DNA of 32,000 bases from Xanthomonas campestris pv. campestris str. ATCC 33913 (GTDB taxonomy: Bacteria; Pseudomonadota; Gammaproteobacteria; Xanthomonadales; Xanthomonadaceae): contig NC_003902.1 in assembly GCF_000007145.1 (NCBI RefSeq), positions 5,003,426-5,035,425 on the forward strand. The letters are read 5' to 3'. Under the pieces are notes generated by a model. That model worked only from the letters and a program-made list of their open reading frames with translations. It ran no database searches and was not told the origin of the DNA. Both the position numbers and the translations under genes were made by a program. Each line of letters starts with the position of its first letter. The stretch's first letter is position 1. Positions 24,614 through 32,000 of the stretch are shown here, piece after piece.

Positions 24614-24896
24614 CGACCAACTGCAGCGCAACGGCGACACGCTGGCGGTAAGCGGCGTGCTCGACCGGGCCGCGGTCACGGATCTGTGGCCGCGCGCGCT
24701 CGCGCAACTCGCTGGCGCCCGCACGCTGGATCTTTCCGGTGTACAACGCCTGGACAGCGCCGGCGTGGCGATGCTGGCCGAACTGGCCGCGCGCCTGCGC
24801 AGCAACGGCAATGGCACGGTGGTGGGCAAGGCGTCCGGTCTGGACGAATTGTGCGCCGCCTACCGTTTGTCGCCCTCTCTCGATTTTCAGGCCTGA
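24603..24896 (+). CDS. mlaB: STAS-domain protein MlaB
   Basis: MASNDQLQRNGDTLAVSGVLD...LDLSGVQRLDSAGVAMLAELAARL. The ATG at 24603 overlaps the end of mlaC (stop at 24611-24613). Confidence 0.8.
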   Translation: MASNDQLQRNGDTLAVSGVLDRAAVTDLWPRALAQLAGARTLDLSGVQRLDSAGVAMLAELAARLRSNGNGTVVGKASGLDELCAAYRLSPSLDFQA

Positions 24897-24907
24897 GTGC
24901 CACCCCC

Positions 24908-25972
24908 ATGAATCAGTTCCGCTCCCTTTCCCTGTTGGCCTGCCTGCTGCTGGGCGCCTGCGCGAGCCAGACGCCCAAGTCTGCCCCGCCCGCCGCCGAT
25001 GCTGCTGCCAGCGCCCCCGACACCGCGGTGCGCGACGATGCCGGGGTGACCGCGCAGCCGGCCGCGGCCGGTTTCGCCGCGCCCGACGCCCTGCCGGCCA
25101 CTGCGGCCACTGCGGCGACTGCACCGGCCGAACCGGCCAGCAGCGCTGCCGACAGCGGCACGCCTGACGCGCCGACCACGGCCGAAGATGATTTCGACGC
25201 CTTGTACGGCTCCACCGCGCCGCAAGCCGGCGGCGCAGCCGCAGGCCCGGCCCTGCCTGGCGGTGCCCCGGCCTACGACCCGTGGGAGCGCTACAACCGC
25301 GGCATGCACCGCTTCAACCTGGCGGTGGACCGCGGCGTGGCCCGGCCGCTGGCGACCGGCTACACCAAGGTGGTGCCGCGCCCGGCGCGCCTGGGCGTGA
25401 CCAACTTCTTCGACAACCTGGGTTCGCCGCTGACCATGGTCAACCAGCTGCTGCAGGGCCATCCGGTCTACGCGGTGCAGACCCTGGGCCGCTTCGTGAT
25501 GAACTCCACGCTGGGCGTGGCCGGCCTGTTCGACCCGGCCAGCGCCGCCGGCATCCCGCGCCGCAGCGAAGACTTCGGCCAGACGCTGGGCGTGTGGGGC
25601 TGGCGCAACTCGCGCTACTTCGAGCTGCCGCTGTTCGGCCCACGCACGGTGCGCGATACCTTGGGCCTGGGCGGCGACATTCCGCTGTCGTGGGTACGCC
25701 AGGTCAACGATGGCGGCGCACGCTTCGCCCTGCAGGGCCTGCAGCTGGTGGACACCCGCGCGCAGCTGATGTCGCTGGATTCGCTGCGCGACCAGGCCCC
25801 GGACGAATACGCCCTGACCCGCGATGCCTGGATGCAGCGCCGCAACTACCAGATCACCCGCGACCTGCGCAGCCAGCGCAAGGAAGACGGCGAGCTGCCG
25901 GAATACCTGCGCGAAGACAAGGACAGCACGGTCCCGGTGGACGCCATGCCGATCCCGCAGTGGATTCGCTGA
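24908..25972 (+). CDS. mlaA: Outer-membrane lipoprotein MlaA (VacJ family) with an Ala/Pro-rich linker
   Basis: The lipobox is MNQFRSLSLLACLLLGAC. The VacJ core is YDPWERYNRGMHRFNLAVDRGVARPLATGYTKVVP...FFDNLGSP. The ORF-track start at 24686 overlaps mlaB and is rejected. Confidence 0.9.
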   Translation: MNQFRSLSLLACLLLGACASQTPKSAPPAADAAASAPDTAVRDDAGVTAQPAAAGFAAPDALPATAATAATAPAEPASSAADSGTPDAPTTAEDDFDALYGSTAPQAGGAAAGPALPGGAPAYDPWERYNRGMHRFNLAVDRGVARPLATGYTKVVPRPARLGVTNFFDNLGSPLTMVNQLLQGHPVYAVQTLGRFVMNSTLGVAGLFDPASAAGIPRRSEDFGQTLGVWGWRNSRYFELPLFGPRTVRDTLGLGGDIPLSWVRQVNDGGARFALQGLQLVDTRAQLMSLDSLRDQAPDEYALTRDAWMQRRNYQITRDLRSQRKEDGELPEYLREDKDSTVPVDAMPIPQWIR

Positions 25973-26002
25973 TGGGTGGGTGAGTGGTTTGCTGGAAAAT
26001 AT

Positions 26003-26035
26003 AAAAAAGCCCGGGAGCGATCCCGGGCTTTTTTG
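26003..26035. terminator. Bidirectional Rho-independent terminator after mlaA
   Basis: AAAAAA-GCCCGGGA-GCGA-TCCCGGGC-TTTTTT, with stems at 26009-26016 and 26021-28, flanked by an A-run and a T-run. Confidence 0.85.
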
Positions 26036-26128
26036 TTGTGGCGCATGCCGCCCTGATCCGCGTGGTACATGCGGCGTGTTGGTACCGATGCCTTCTGCGT
26101 TTAAGCAGGCGTTCGTTCCACGGCGCCG

Positions 26129-26572
26129 CTATTTACCGGACCGCAGCGCCGGTTCGGGCATGACGGAAGGAGTGCGATCGGCGTAGGTGAGGTAGCTCTT
26201 CCATAGATCATGGGAGCGCTGATCGTTGAGATCGACGCGACAGCTCGCCGCTTTCGCCAGCGCGACTGATGCGGTGCCCCACAACACACGCACATTACCG
26301 CATTGCCTTTCGCTGTAAGTCCGCCAGGCAGCTTGCGCTGCATCGAACGCATCGGCTGACAGACCAAAATCTGTCAGCGCCCTTGTGCCTGCTGCCTGCA
26401 GATAGTCGTCGAGGTGTGCCTGCGACTACGCAACCTCTTTGGTCCAGCAGGCATTGCTCTGCGCAGTTGTCGCCAGGTCCACACATAGGTCAGATGCATG
26501 TGCTGAAACGCAGTAAAGAAGGCTCAGGAGTGGAAGTAGGTGCCTCACGGTGTCTCTTTGGCTTTCACGCAT
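26129..26572 (-). pseudogene. DUF1311/LprI-like periplasmic protein gene interrupted by an in-frame amber codon
   Basis: This is a hand translation in a frame absent from the ORF track. It reads ATG 26572 MRESQRDTVRHLLPLLSLLYCVSAHA-SDLCVDLATTAQSNACWTKEVA-TAG (26428-26426)-SQAHLDDYLQAAGTRALTDFGLSADAFDAAQAAWRTYSERQCGNVRVLWGTASVALAKAASCRVDLNDQRSHDLWKSYL...SGK-TAG (26131-26129). A signal peptide and the C..C...L..Y...Q.AW..Y...C pattern run continuously across the stop. Confidence 0.55.
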
Positions 26573-26716
26573 TGCTCTTCTCTACGTCTGCACGGTCAGT
26601 CAACGTGGAATGCAACTGCTGAGACCGCCCGCGTAGCAGCGCCCTGTTGGACCGAAATCGAACAGGTGGCTGACTGGATGACGAGTCGCAATATGTCTTT
26701 GTCCAAGCAGCGCCGG

Positions 26717-27262
26717 TTAGTGCGCCAACGCCGCATCGACGGCCTGGCGCAGGCGGACGTCATCGGCGGCGACGTCGGGTGCGAAGCGTTCGATGACCTG
26801 GCCGTCGCGGCCGATCAGGAATTTTTCGAAGTTCCACAACACGCCCGGTGCCGGGTTGGCGGCGATGCCGTAGCCGGCCAGCTTTTCGCGCATCGGGCCA
26901 TCGCCGGTGGCCTGCGGCTGTGCGCTGGTCAGCGCCTGGTACAACGGATGGATCTCGGCGCCGGTGACGGCGATCTTGGAGAACAGCGGGAAGGTGACGT
27001 CATAGGTAAGCTGGCAGAACTGGGCGATCTCCGCCTCGCTGCCGGGCTCCTGCCCATTGAAGTCGTTGGCCGGGAAACCCAGCACTTCCAGGCCCTGGGC
27101 CTGCTTGTCGCGGTACAGCGCTTCCAGGCCTTCGTACTGGGGAGTCAGCCCGCACTTGGAGGCGACGTTGACCACCAGCAGCACCTTGCCGCGATGCGCG
27201 GCCAGGCTGGTGGCGCCACCGTTGATGTCGGTCACGGGAATGTCGTGGATGCTCTGGCTCAT
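26717..27262 (-). CDS. btuE: Glutathione peroxidase (BtuE-like, Cys-type)
   Basis: MSQSIHDIPVTDINGGATSLAAHRGKVLLVVNVASKCGLTPQYEGLEALY...LGFPANDFNGQEPGS...LWNFEKFLIGRDGQVIERF is colinear with E. coli BtuE/GPx motifs. The start at 27262 is preferred. Confidence 0.92.
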   Translation of the reverse strand: MSQSIHDIPVTDINGGATSLAAHRGKVLLVVNVASKCGLTPQYEGLEALYRDKQAQGLEVLGFPANDFNGQEPGSEAEIAQFCQLTYDVTFPLFSKIAVTGAEIHPLYQALTSAQPQATGDGPMREKLAGYGIAANPAPGVLWNFEKFLIGRDGQVIERFAPDVAADDVRLRQAVDAALAH

Positions 27263-27345
27263 CGGTGCGTCCTGTTGGAGAAAGCGCCAGAGCATAACCG
27301 CCGGGCGAGCGCGAGCGCTGCACCCGACGCGCTAAGGTCAGCGGA

Positions 27346-27735
27346 TCAATCGATGCACAGCGCTGCCTGGCCCATGCCGCCGACCACTTCCTGGCGGCAA
27401 CCGAAGCGATCGCTGTCGCGCTGGCAGGTGCCGCTGGTGGCGGTGCCGGCGGGCACGATGCTGGTGGCCAGGCAATCACCGCTGCAATCCGAGTTGTCGG
27501 TGCAGGTCTTGCCGGCATCGGCGTAGGGCACCACACACCGCGGCGTCTGCATGCGGCCTACCGGACGCATCTGACCGCCTTTGGCGGTGCAGGCGGCAGC
27601 GTCTGTGGATGTGGATGTGGATGTGGATGGTGCAGGTGTCACGCCCGCCGCCTGGGACGGTTGCGTGGTGGGCGTATTGCTGCAGGCGGCCAGCAGCAGT
27701 GCGGACAGTGTCGTGTACATCCATCGGCTCGACAT
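27346..27735 (-). CDS. Cysteine-rich lipoprotein of unknown function
   Basis: MSSRWMYTTLSALLLAACS carries a lipobox. It is followed by a Thr/Ser/Pro linker with STSTSTST and then a domain with 8 Cys (CTAKGG...CVVPY...CTDNSDCSGDC...GTCQRDSDRFGC...ALCID). Confidence 0.7.
   Translation of the reverse strand: MSSRWMYTTLSALLLAACSNTPTTQPSQAAGVTPAPSTSTSTSTDAAACTAKGGQMRPVGRMQTPRCVVPYADAGKTCTDNSDCSGDCLATSIVPAGTATSGTCQRDSDRFGCRQEVVGGMGQAALCID
27605..27628. repeat. In-frame hexanucleotide microsatellite (GTGGAT)x4 in the lipoprotein linker
   Basis: Read directly from the sequence. It encodes (ST)4 on the minus strand. Confidence 0.9.
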
Positions 27736-27832
27736 GCGGGCTTCTTCTTGAACAAGGTGAGGCAAGCATCGCGGCTGGTGTGTCTGCGTGGCGTGCTCGG
27801 GTGGGCGATGGCTGCGGCTGCGGCGTGGGGGC

Positions 27833-28598
27833 GTAGCTGGGAGCGCTGCGGCGTTACGGGGAAGGCTTCATCGCGCCCGAGGGCGCTCCTACGGGAGATC
27901 CGTTGCGAGGTGAGAGCTTGCCGATCACGTGGCCCGTGCGTCGATTTGCAGCGGGGTGGATCACGACTAAAACCGCGGCGGCTGTGAGACGGCGTTGGCC
28001 GTGTAGGAGCGCCCTTGGGCGCGATGGGGCGTTACCGGGAAGGCCTCATCGCGCCCGAGGGCGCTCCTACGGGTATCGGTTGGGATGCAGCCGGGTTGCC
28101 GACCCATGGCTATGCGTCGGTTGCGCCAGCGTGGATCACCAGCTAACCCGTTGATGTGAGATGCCTTCAACTGTGTAGGGGCGCACCTGGGCGCGATCAA
28201 GCGTTACCGGGAATGCCTCGTCGCGCCCGAGGGCGCTCCTACGGAAGATCCGTTGCGAGGTGAGAGCTTGCCGATCACGTGGCTCGTGCATCGATTTGCA
28301 GCGGAGTGGATCACGACTAAACCAGCGACGGCTGTGAGATGGCGTTGGCCGTGTAGGAGCGCCCTTGGGCGCGATGGGGCGTTACCGGGAAGGCCTCATC
28401 GCGCCCGAGGGCGCTCCTACGTGAGGTCAGTTGCGATTTGAGAGCTTGCCGATTACGTGGCTTGTGCATCGATTTGCAGCGGAATGGATCACGACTAAAC
28501 CAGCGACGGCTGTGAGATGGCGTTGGCCGTGTAGGAGCGCCCTTGGGCGCGATGGGGCGTTATCGGGAATGCCTCATCGCGCCCGAGGGCGCTCCTAC
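27833..28598. repeat. Tandem array of five REPIN-like palindromic doublets (GTAG-headed REPs) separated by 104-110-bp inter-REP segments, three of them near-identical; period about 170-178 bp
   Basis: The doublets lie at 27833-27892 (degenerate left arm), 28003-28070, 28175-28242, 28353-28420 and 28531-28598. The consensus is GTAGGAGCGCCCTTGGGCGCGA-N24-TCGCGCCCGAGGGCGCTCCTAC. The inter-REP segments 27893-28002, 28243-28352 and 28421-28530 are near-identical to each other, and 28071-28174 is a diverged copy. Confidence 0.9.
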
Positions 28599-28740
28599 CG
28601 AATGCGGTTCGATGCACTGGGTGCGGCTGTGAGGTGAGTGGCTTGCCCGCGCTGGTTACGGTGTAGCCGGCTCACCGTTGGTCGCGCGAACGAACCATCT
28701 GCACTGGCCCTCTTCCGCACTGGCACGCTGCACGCCGCAC

Positions 28741-30321
28741 TCATTCCTGCTCGTCACCGGCCTCGTCATCACTGCTGCCGGTGTCGTCGTTGCCGGCGTC
28801 GTCGAGCAACGCCTGCGATTGCTCGCCGGCCAGGGTTTCCACGCCACGCAGGCGGCGCTCGATGGTGCGGGTCTTGCGGCTGGCTTCGCCCAGGCTCTTG
28901 CCGACCGTGGTGATCTGCCGCTCGGCCTTTTCGAGAATGCCGGCAAACTTGCCGAATTCGCTCTTCACCGCGCCCAGCACCTGCCAGACCTCGCTGGAGC
29001 GCTTTTCGATCGCCAGGGTCCGGAAGCCCATCTGCAGGCTGTTGAGCAGGGCGGTAAAGGTGGTCGGCCCGGCCAGCACCACGCGATGTTCGCGCTGCAG
29101 CAGGTCGACCAGCCCGGCACGGCGGATCACTTCGGCGTACAGGCCTTCGGTGGGCAGGAACATCACTGCGAAGTCGGTGGTGTGCGGCGGGCAGACGTAC
29201 TTGTCGCTGATGGATTTGGCCTGGATGCGGATGGCGCGTTCCAGCTGCGCGGTCGAACTCTTGATTGCGTCGAGGTCGCCTTTTTCCTGCGCGTCGATCA
29301 GGCGTTCGTAGTCCTCGCGCGGGAACTTGGCATCGACCGGCAGCCACACCACCGTGTCGTCGCCGCGCCCTGGCAGGCGGATCGCGAAATCCACCGCTTC
29401 CGCGCTGTCGGGCTTGACCCGGACGCTGCGCGCGTACTGCTCCATCGTCAGCGTCTGCTCCAGGATGTTCTCCAGCTGCACTTCGCCCCAGCCGCCGCGG
29501 TCCTTGACGTTGGTGAGCACGCGCTTGAGGTCGCCCACGCCGGTGGCCAGCTGCTGCATTTCGCCCAGGCCGCGCTGCACCTGCTCCAGCCGCTCGGACA
29601 CCAGCTTGAAGGAGGCGTCCAGGCGCGTGTTGAGCGTGGTCTGCAGTTTCTCGTCGACGGTGGCGCGCATCAGTTCCAGCTTGCTGGCGTTGTCGCTCTG
29701 CAGGCTGGCCAGCTGTTGCTCGAGCGTGGCGCGCATTTCGCCGATGCGCAGTTCGTTGCGCTGGGTCAGTTCGGTCAGGCGTTGGCCCAGCGCTTCGGTG
29801 AAGCGCTGCTGCGACTCGCCCGCTTCGGCGCGGCCCTTGCGCGCGTCCTCGGCGAGCGCTTCACGCAGCGCGGCCATGTGGGTGTCGGTGCGTGCGATCA
29901 GCTCGGTGAGTTGCTGCCCGAACACGTGGATACGGGCTTCCTGCTGCTGGCCAAAACCATCGAGCTGGGTGCGCAATTCAGTCAGCCGCCCGGTGAGCAG
30001 CTCGCCGGTGCGCAGCTGCGCCTGGGTGCTTTCTTCGCGTGCCTTGCGGGCATCTTCGCCGAGCGCGTCGCGCAGCAGGTCCAGGCGCTGGTCGGTGCGG
30101 GTGGAGAGCTCGGTGAGATTGCGCGCGAAGGTCTCCAGGCGGCCATCCTGCTGCCGCGCCAGGCCCTCGAGTTGTTCGCGTAGTTCGCCGCGGCCGTCGC
30201 GTTGTTCGGCGCGCAGCGCCTGCTCCAGCCCGGTGGTGGAAGAGCGCCGCAGCAGCATGGCCAGCTGCAGCACGAAGACTGCGCACAGCAGCCCGATGAG
30301 GATGAGGGATTCGGATGACAT
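28741..30321 (-). CDS. rmuC: DNA recombination protein RmuC
   Basis: It has an N-terminal TM helix (LILIGLLCAVFVLQLAMLL), a long coiled-coil and an RmuC core (VGDLKRVLTNVKDRGGWGEVQLENILEQ...VDFAIRLPG...LPVDAKFPREDYERL...FAVMFLPTEGLYAE). Confidence 0.93.
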   Translation of the reverse strand: MSSESLILIGLLCAVFVLQLAMLLRRSSTTGLEQALRAEQRDGRGELREQLEGLARQQDGRLETFARNLTELSTRTDQRLDLLRDALGEDARKAREESTQAQLRTGELLTGRLTELRTQLDGFGQQQEARIHVFGQQLTELIARTDTHMAALREALAEDARKGRAEAGESQQRFTEALGQRLTELTQRNELRIGEMRATLEQQLASLQSDNASKLELMRATVDEKLQTTLNTRLDASFKLVSERLEQVQRGLGEMQQLATGVGDLKRVLTNVKDRGGWGEVQLENILEQTLTMEQYARSVRVKPDSAEAVDFAIRLPGRGDDTVVWLPVDAKFPREDYERLIDAQEKGDLDAIKSSTAQLERAIRIQAKSISDKYVCPPHTTDFAVMFLPTEGLYAEVIRRAGLVDLLQREHRVVLAGPTTFTALLNSLQMGFRTLAIEKRSSEVWQVLGAVKSEFGKFAGILEKAERQITTVGKSLGEASRKTRTIERRLRGVETLAGEQSQALLDDAGNDDTGSSDDEAGDEQE

Positions 30322-30714
30322 GCGCGCAGTGTAGCGGTGCCGGTCGCAGCAGCTGCGTCAGTGGGTGGCCGGCTGCAGGGTCGGCGCAGTGGTTGCCTGA
30401 TGGTCGGGAGGGCGCACGTGCTGGTTCGGGGTGAACTGCGTGGCGCGCGCTGGCGGTGCACTGCGACCTGCGCCGCACTGCACCCGACCGACTGCGCGGC
30501 TGCCACGCGCAGTCGGTCCTTAGCGGGATTGATCGCAACACCACGCACAGACCGATGCCGCCATCCACACAGCGCGTGCCATCGCTCGCAATCCAGGCCT
30601 CGTCACCGCAGCGCAGCCGCCGCCGACCTGGTGCCCGCCCTGCATCGCGCGAACGCGAGACGCGCTGTGGCGCCACGTCCCGCAGCGGCCACCGCCATCA
30701 CCACTACCGCTCGC

Positions 30715-30938
30715 TCAAAATCCCTCCAGCACCAGTTTGCCGCGGGTGCGATGCGATTCCAGCGCGGCTTGCGCAGCGCAGGTTATCCACCTTAATGCGG
30801 CCGTCGTGCTCGCCCAGCGTCGTGCGCAGCACGCCGGACTCCACAAATGCGGCGACGCGGTTGAACAAGTGCTGCCGAGCGATCGTGTTATCGGTGGCGA
30901 ACAGCGAGCCGGTGAAACATCAACGCCCCGTGCAGCAC
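30715..30938 (-). pseudogene. Diverged, frameshifted duplicate of the 3' end of the adjacent oxidoreductase gene
   Basis: 30704-30938 aligns by eye with 30939-31173, with scattered substitutions and small indels. For example, TCAAAATCCCTCCAGCACCAGTTTGCCGCGGGTGCGATGCGATTCCAGCGCGGC matches TCAAAAACCTTCCAGCACCAGCTTGCCGCGGGTGCGGTGCGATTCCAGCGCGGC. The last 16 codons (ALESHRTRGKLVLEGF) are retained in frame, and the frame is lost upstream. Confidence 0.7.
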
Positions 30939-30949
30939 CCACCGCTCGT

Positions 30950-31957
30950 TCAAAAACCTTCCAGCACCAGCTTGCCGCGGGTGCGGTGCGATTCCAGCGC
31001 GGCGTGCGCGCGGCGCAGGTTGTCCACGGTGATGCGGCCGTAGTGCTCGCCCAGCGTGGTGCGCAGTACACCGGACTCCACCAGCGCGGCGACACGGTTG
31101 AGCAGGTGGTGCTGGGCGATCATGTCGTCGGTGGCGAACAGCGAGCGGGTGAACATCAGTTCCCAGTGCAGCGACAGGCTCTTGCGCTTGAGCGGCAGCG
31201 CATCGAGCGTGGCGGGGTCGTCGATCAGCGCCAGCTGGCCTTGCGGGGCGAGCACCTCGACCAATTGCGCGAAGTGCTGGTCGGTATGGGTGAGGCTGGC
31301 CACATGTTGCACCTGGGCGATGCCGATGCGCTGCAGGCCGGCCGCCAGCGGCTCGGTGTGGTCGATCACATGGTGGGCGCCGAGCGCGTAGACCCAGTCC
31401 TGCGTCTGCGGGCGCGAGGCGGTGCCCACCACGGTGAGCTGGGTCAGCGCGCGTGCCAGTTGCACCAGGATCGAGCCGACCCCGCCGGCCGCGCCGACCA
31501 CCAGCAGGGTCTGGCCTGCGCCGCCGCCTTCAACAATGCCGAGCCGGTCGAACAGCAGTTCCCAGGCGGTGATGGCAGTCAGCGGCAACGCGGCGGCGGA
31601 TGCGTCGTCGAGCGTGGCGGGCTTGCGGCCGACCAGGCGCTCGTCCACCAGGTGGTATTCGGCATTGGTGCCGGGGCGGGTCAGCGCGCCGGCGTAGTAC
31701 ACCGCGTCGCCCGGCTGGAACAGGGTCACCTCGTCACCGACCGCATCGACCACGCCGCTGGCGTCCCAGCCCAGCACGCGGGGCGCCTCCACCGGCGCCG
31801 TGGCGCGCACCTTGGTGTCGACCGGGTTGACCGAAATGGCGTGGATGCGCACGCGCAGATCGCGTGGGCCGGGCGTGGGCAGTGGCAGGTCGAGCGCGAC
31901 CAGCGCGCGCGGGTCGTCGATGGGCAGGCCGTGTTGCGGGTAGGCGATGGCTTTCAT
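30950..31957 (-). CDS. Zinc-binding alcohol dehydrogenase family / quinone-oxidoreductase-like (MDR superfamily) protein
   Basis: MKAIAYPQHGLPIDDPRALVALDLPLPTPGPRDLRVRIHAISVNPVDTKVR...LLVVGAAGGVGSILVQLAR (Rossmann GxxGxxG)...TRGKLVLEGF. The start at 31957 (MKAIAY) is preferred over 31996. Confidence 0.9.
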   Translation of the reverse strand: MKAIAYPQHGLPIDDPRALVALDLPLPTPGPRDLRVRIHAISVNPVDTKVRATAPVEAPRVLGWDASGVVDAVGDEVTLFQPGDAVYYAGALTRPGTNAEYHLVDERLVGRKPATLDDASAAALPLTAITAWELLFDRLGIVEGGGAGQTLLVVGAAGGVGSILVQLARALTQLTVVGTASRPQTQDWVYALGAHHVIDHTEPLAAGLQRIGIAQVQHVASLTHTDQHFAQLVEVLAPQGQLALIDDPATLDALPLKRKSLSLHWELMFTRSLFATDDMIAQHHLLNRVAALVESGVLRTTLGEHYGRITVDNLRRAHAALESHRTRGKLVLEGF

Positions 31958-32000
31958 GGTGGTGGCCGTGGGGCGAGGAGCTGCAGCGTGCGCCATCGCC

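Noticed and set aside
26101-26486. ORF-track ORFs 26101-26367 (-) and 26295-26486 (-) as real genes
   Set aside because: They are off-frame relative to a continuous signal-peptide-to-stop DUF1311-like frame interrupted by one amber codon. Their own translations are Cys/Arg-rich and featureless.
27833-28598. Regularly spaced palindromic repeats that superficially resemble a CRISPR array
   Set aside because: The repeats are 68-bp inverted REP doublets, not 28-37-bp direct repeats. The 'spacers' are themselves repeated (three near-identical copies). No cas genes or leader are present. It is better explained as a REPIN tandem array.
27903-28637. ORF-track ORFs 27903-28154, 28253-28441 and 28431-28637 (+) and 27967-28200 (-)
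   Set aside because: They are translations of the repeat array; the near-identical peptides CRSALGRDGALPGRPHRARGRSY derive from the REP palindromes. They have no start context and no independent coding signal.
30486-30518. Hairpin GACCGACTGCGCG-N7-CGCGCAGTCGGTC as a terminator
   Set aside because: It is a perfect 13-bp stem, but no T-run follows on either strand and no gene ends nearby. The evidence is insufficient to call a function.
30337-31043. ORFs 30337-30795 (+), 30456-31043 (+), 29978-30676 (-) and 30715-31095 (-) in the rmuC-oxidoreductase gap
   Set aside because: Their translations are Arg/Pro/Ser-rich and featureless. The last one runs from the duplicated gene stub, out of frame, into the intact gene. 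No RBS or domain evidence was found.

Overview
High-GC chromosomal window that looks Xanthomonadaceae/Lysobacteraceae-like; this is an inference from composition, GTAG-headed REP elements, gene order and an XVIPCD-like effector tail. Most of it is core housekeeping. The minus strand carries recC-recB-recD (coupled by ATGA overlaps), rmuC, a btuE-like glutathione peroxidase and an MDR-family oxidoreductase. The plus strand carries a contiguous mlaFEDCB-mlaA (vacJ) operon. Accessory or unusual content: (1) At the left edge, a visibly lower-GC two-gene minus-strand cassette. It has a lipoprotein gene followed by a partial gene that is absent from the supplied ORF track because it runs off the window. 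That partial gene encodes an M23/LytM-like plus peptidoglycan-binding protein with an XVIPCD-like C-terminal region, so the pair is a candidate bacteria-killing T4SS effector/immunity pair. (2) A 1742-aa autotransporter with 2 Calx-beta and 9 He_PIG-type Ig-like repeats, encoded by roughly 540-bp tandem DNA repeats. (3) A non-phage cassette of three tandem phage-tail-collar (MdpB/COG4675-like) paralogs, a tightly coupled GNAT acetyltransferase and a convergent small conserved-looking protein. I consider this the best candidate for an undescribed system. (4) A tandem array of five REPIN-like palindromic doublets with repeated inter-REP segments. (5) REP-like hairpin elements and short in-frame tandem repeats embedded inside recB and recD. 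(6) Two gene remnants (an amber-interrupted DUF1311/LprI-like gene and a duplicated 3' fragment of the oxidoreductase), plus an orphan higA-like antitoxin with a perfect 31-nt palindrome upstream. No rRNA, tRNA, CRISPR array, transposase or integrase was recognised. Many long ORFs in the supplied track are antisense or off-frame artefacts of the high GC content.
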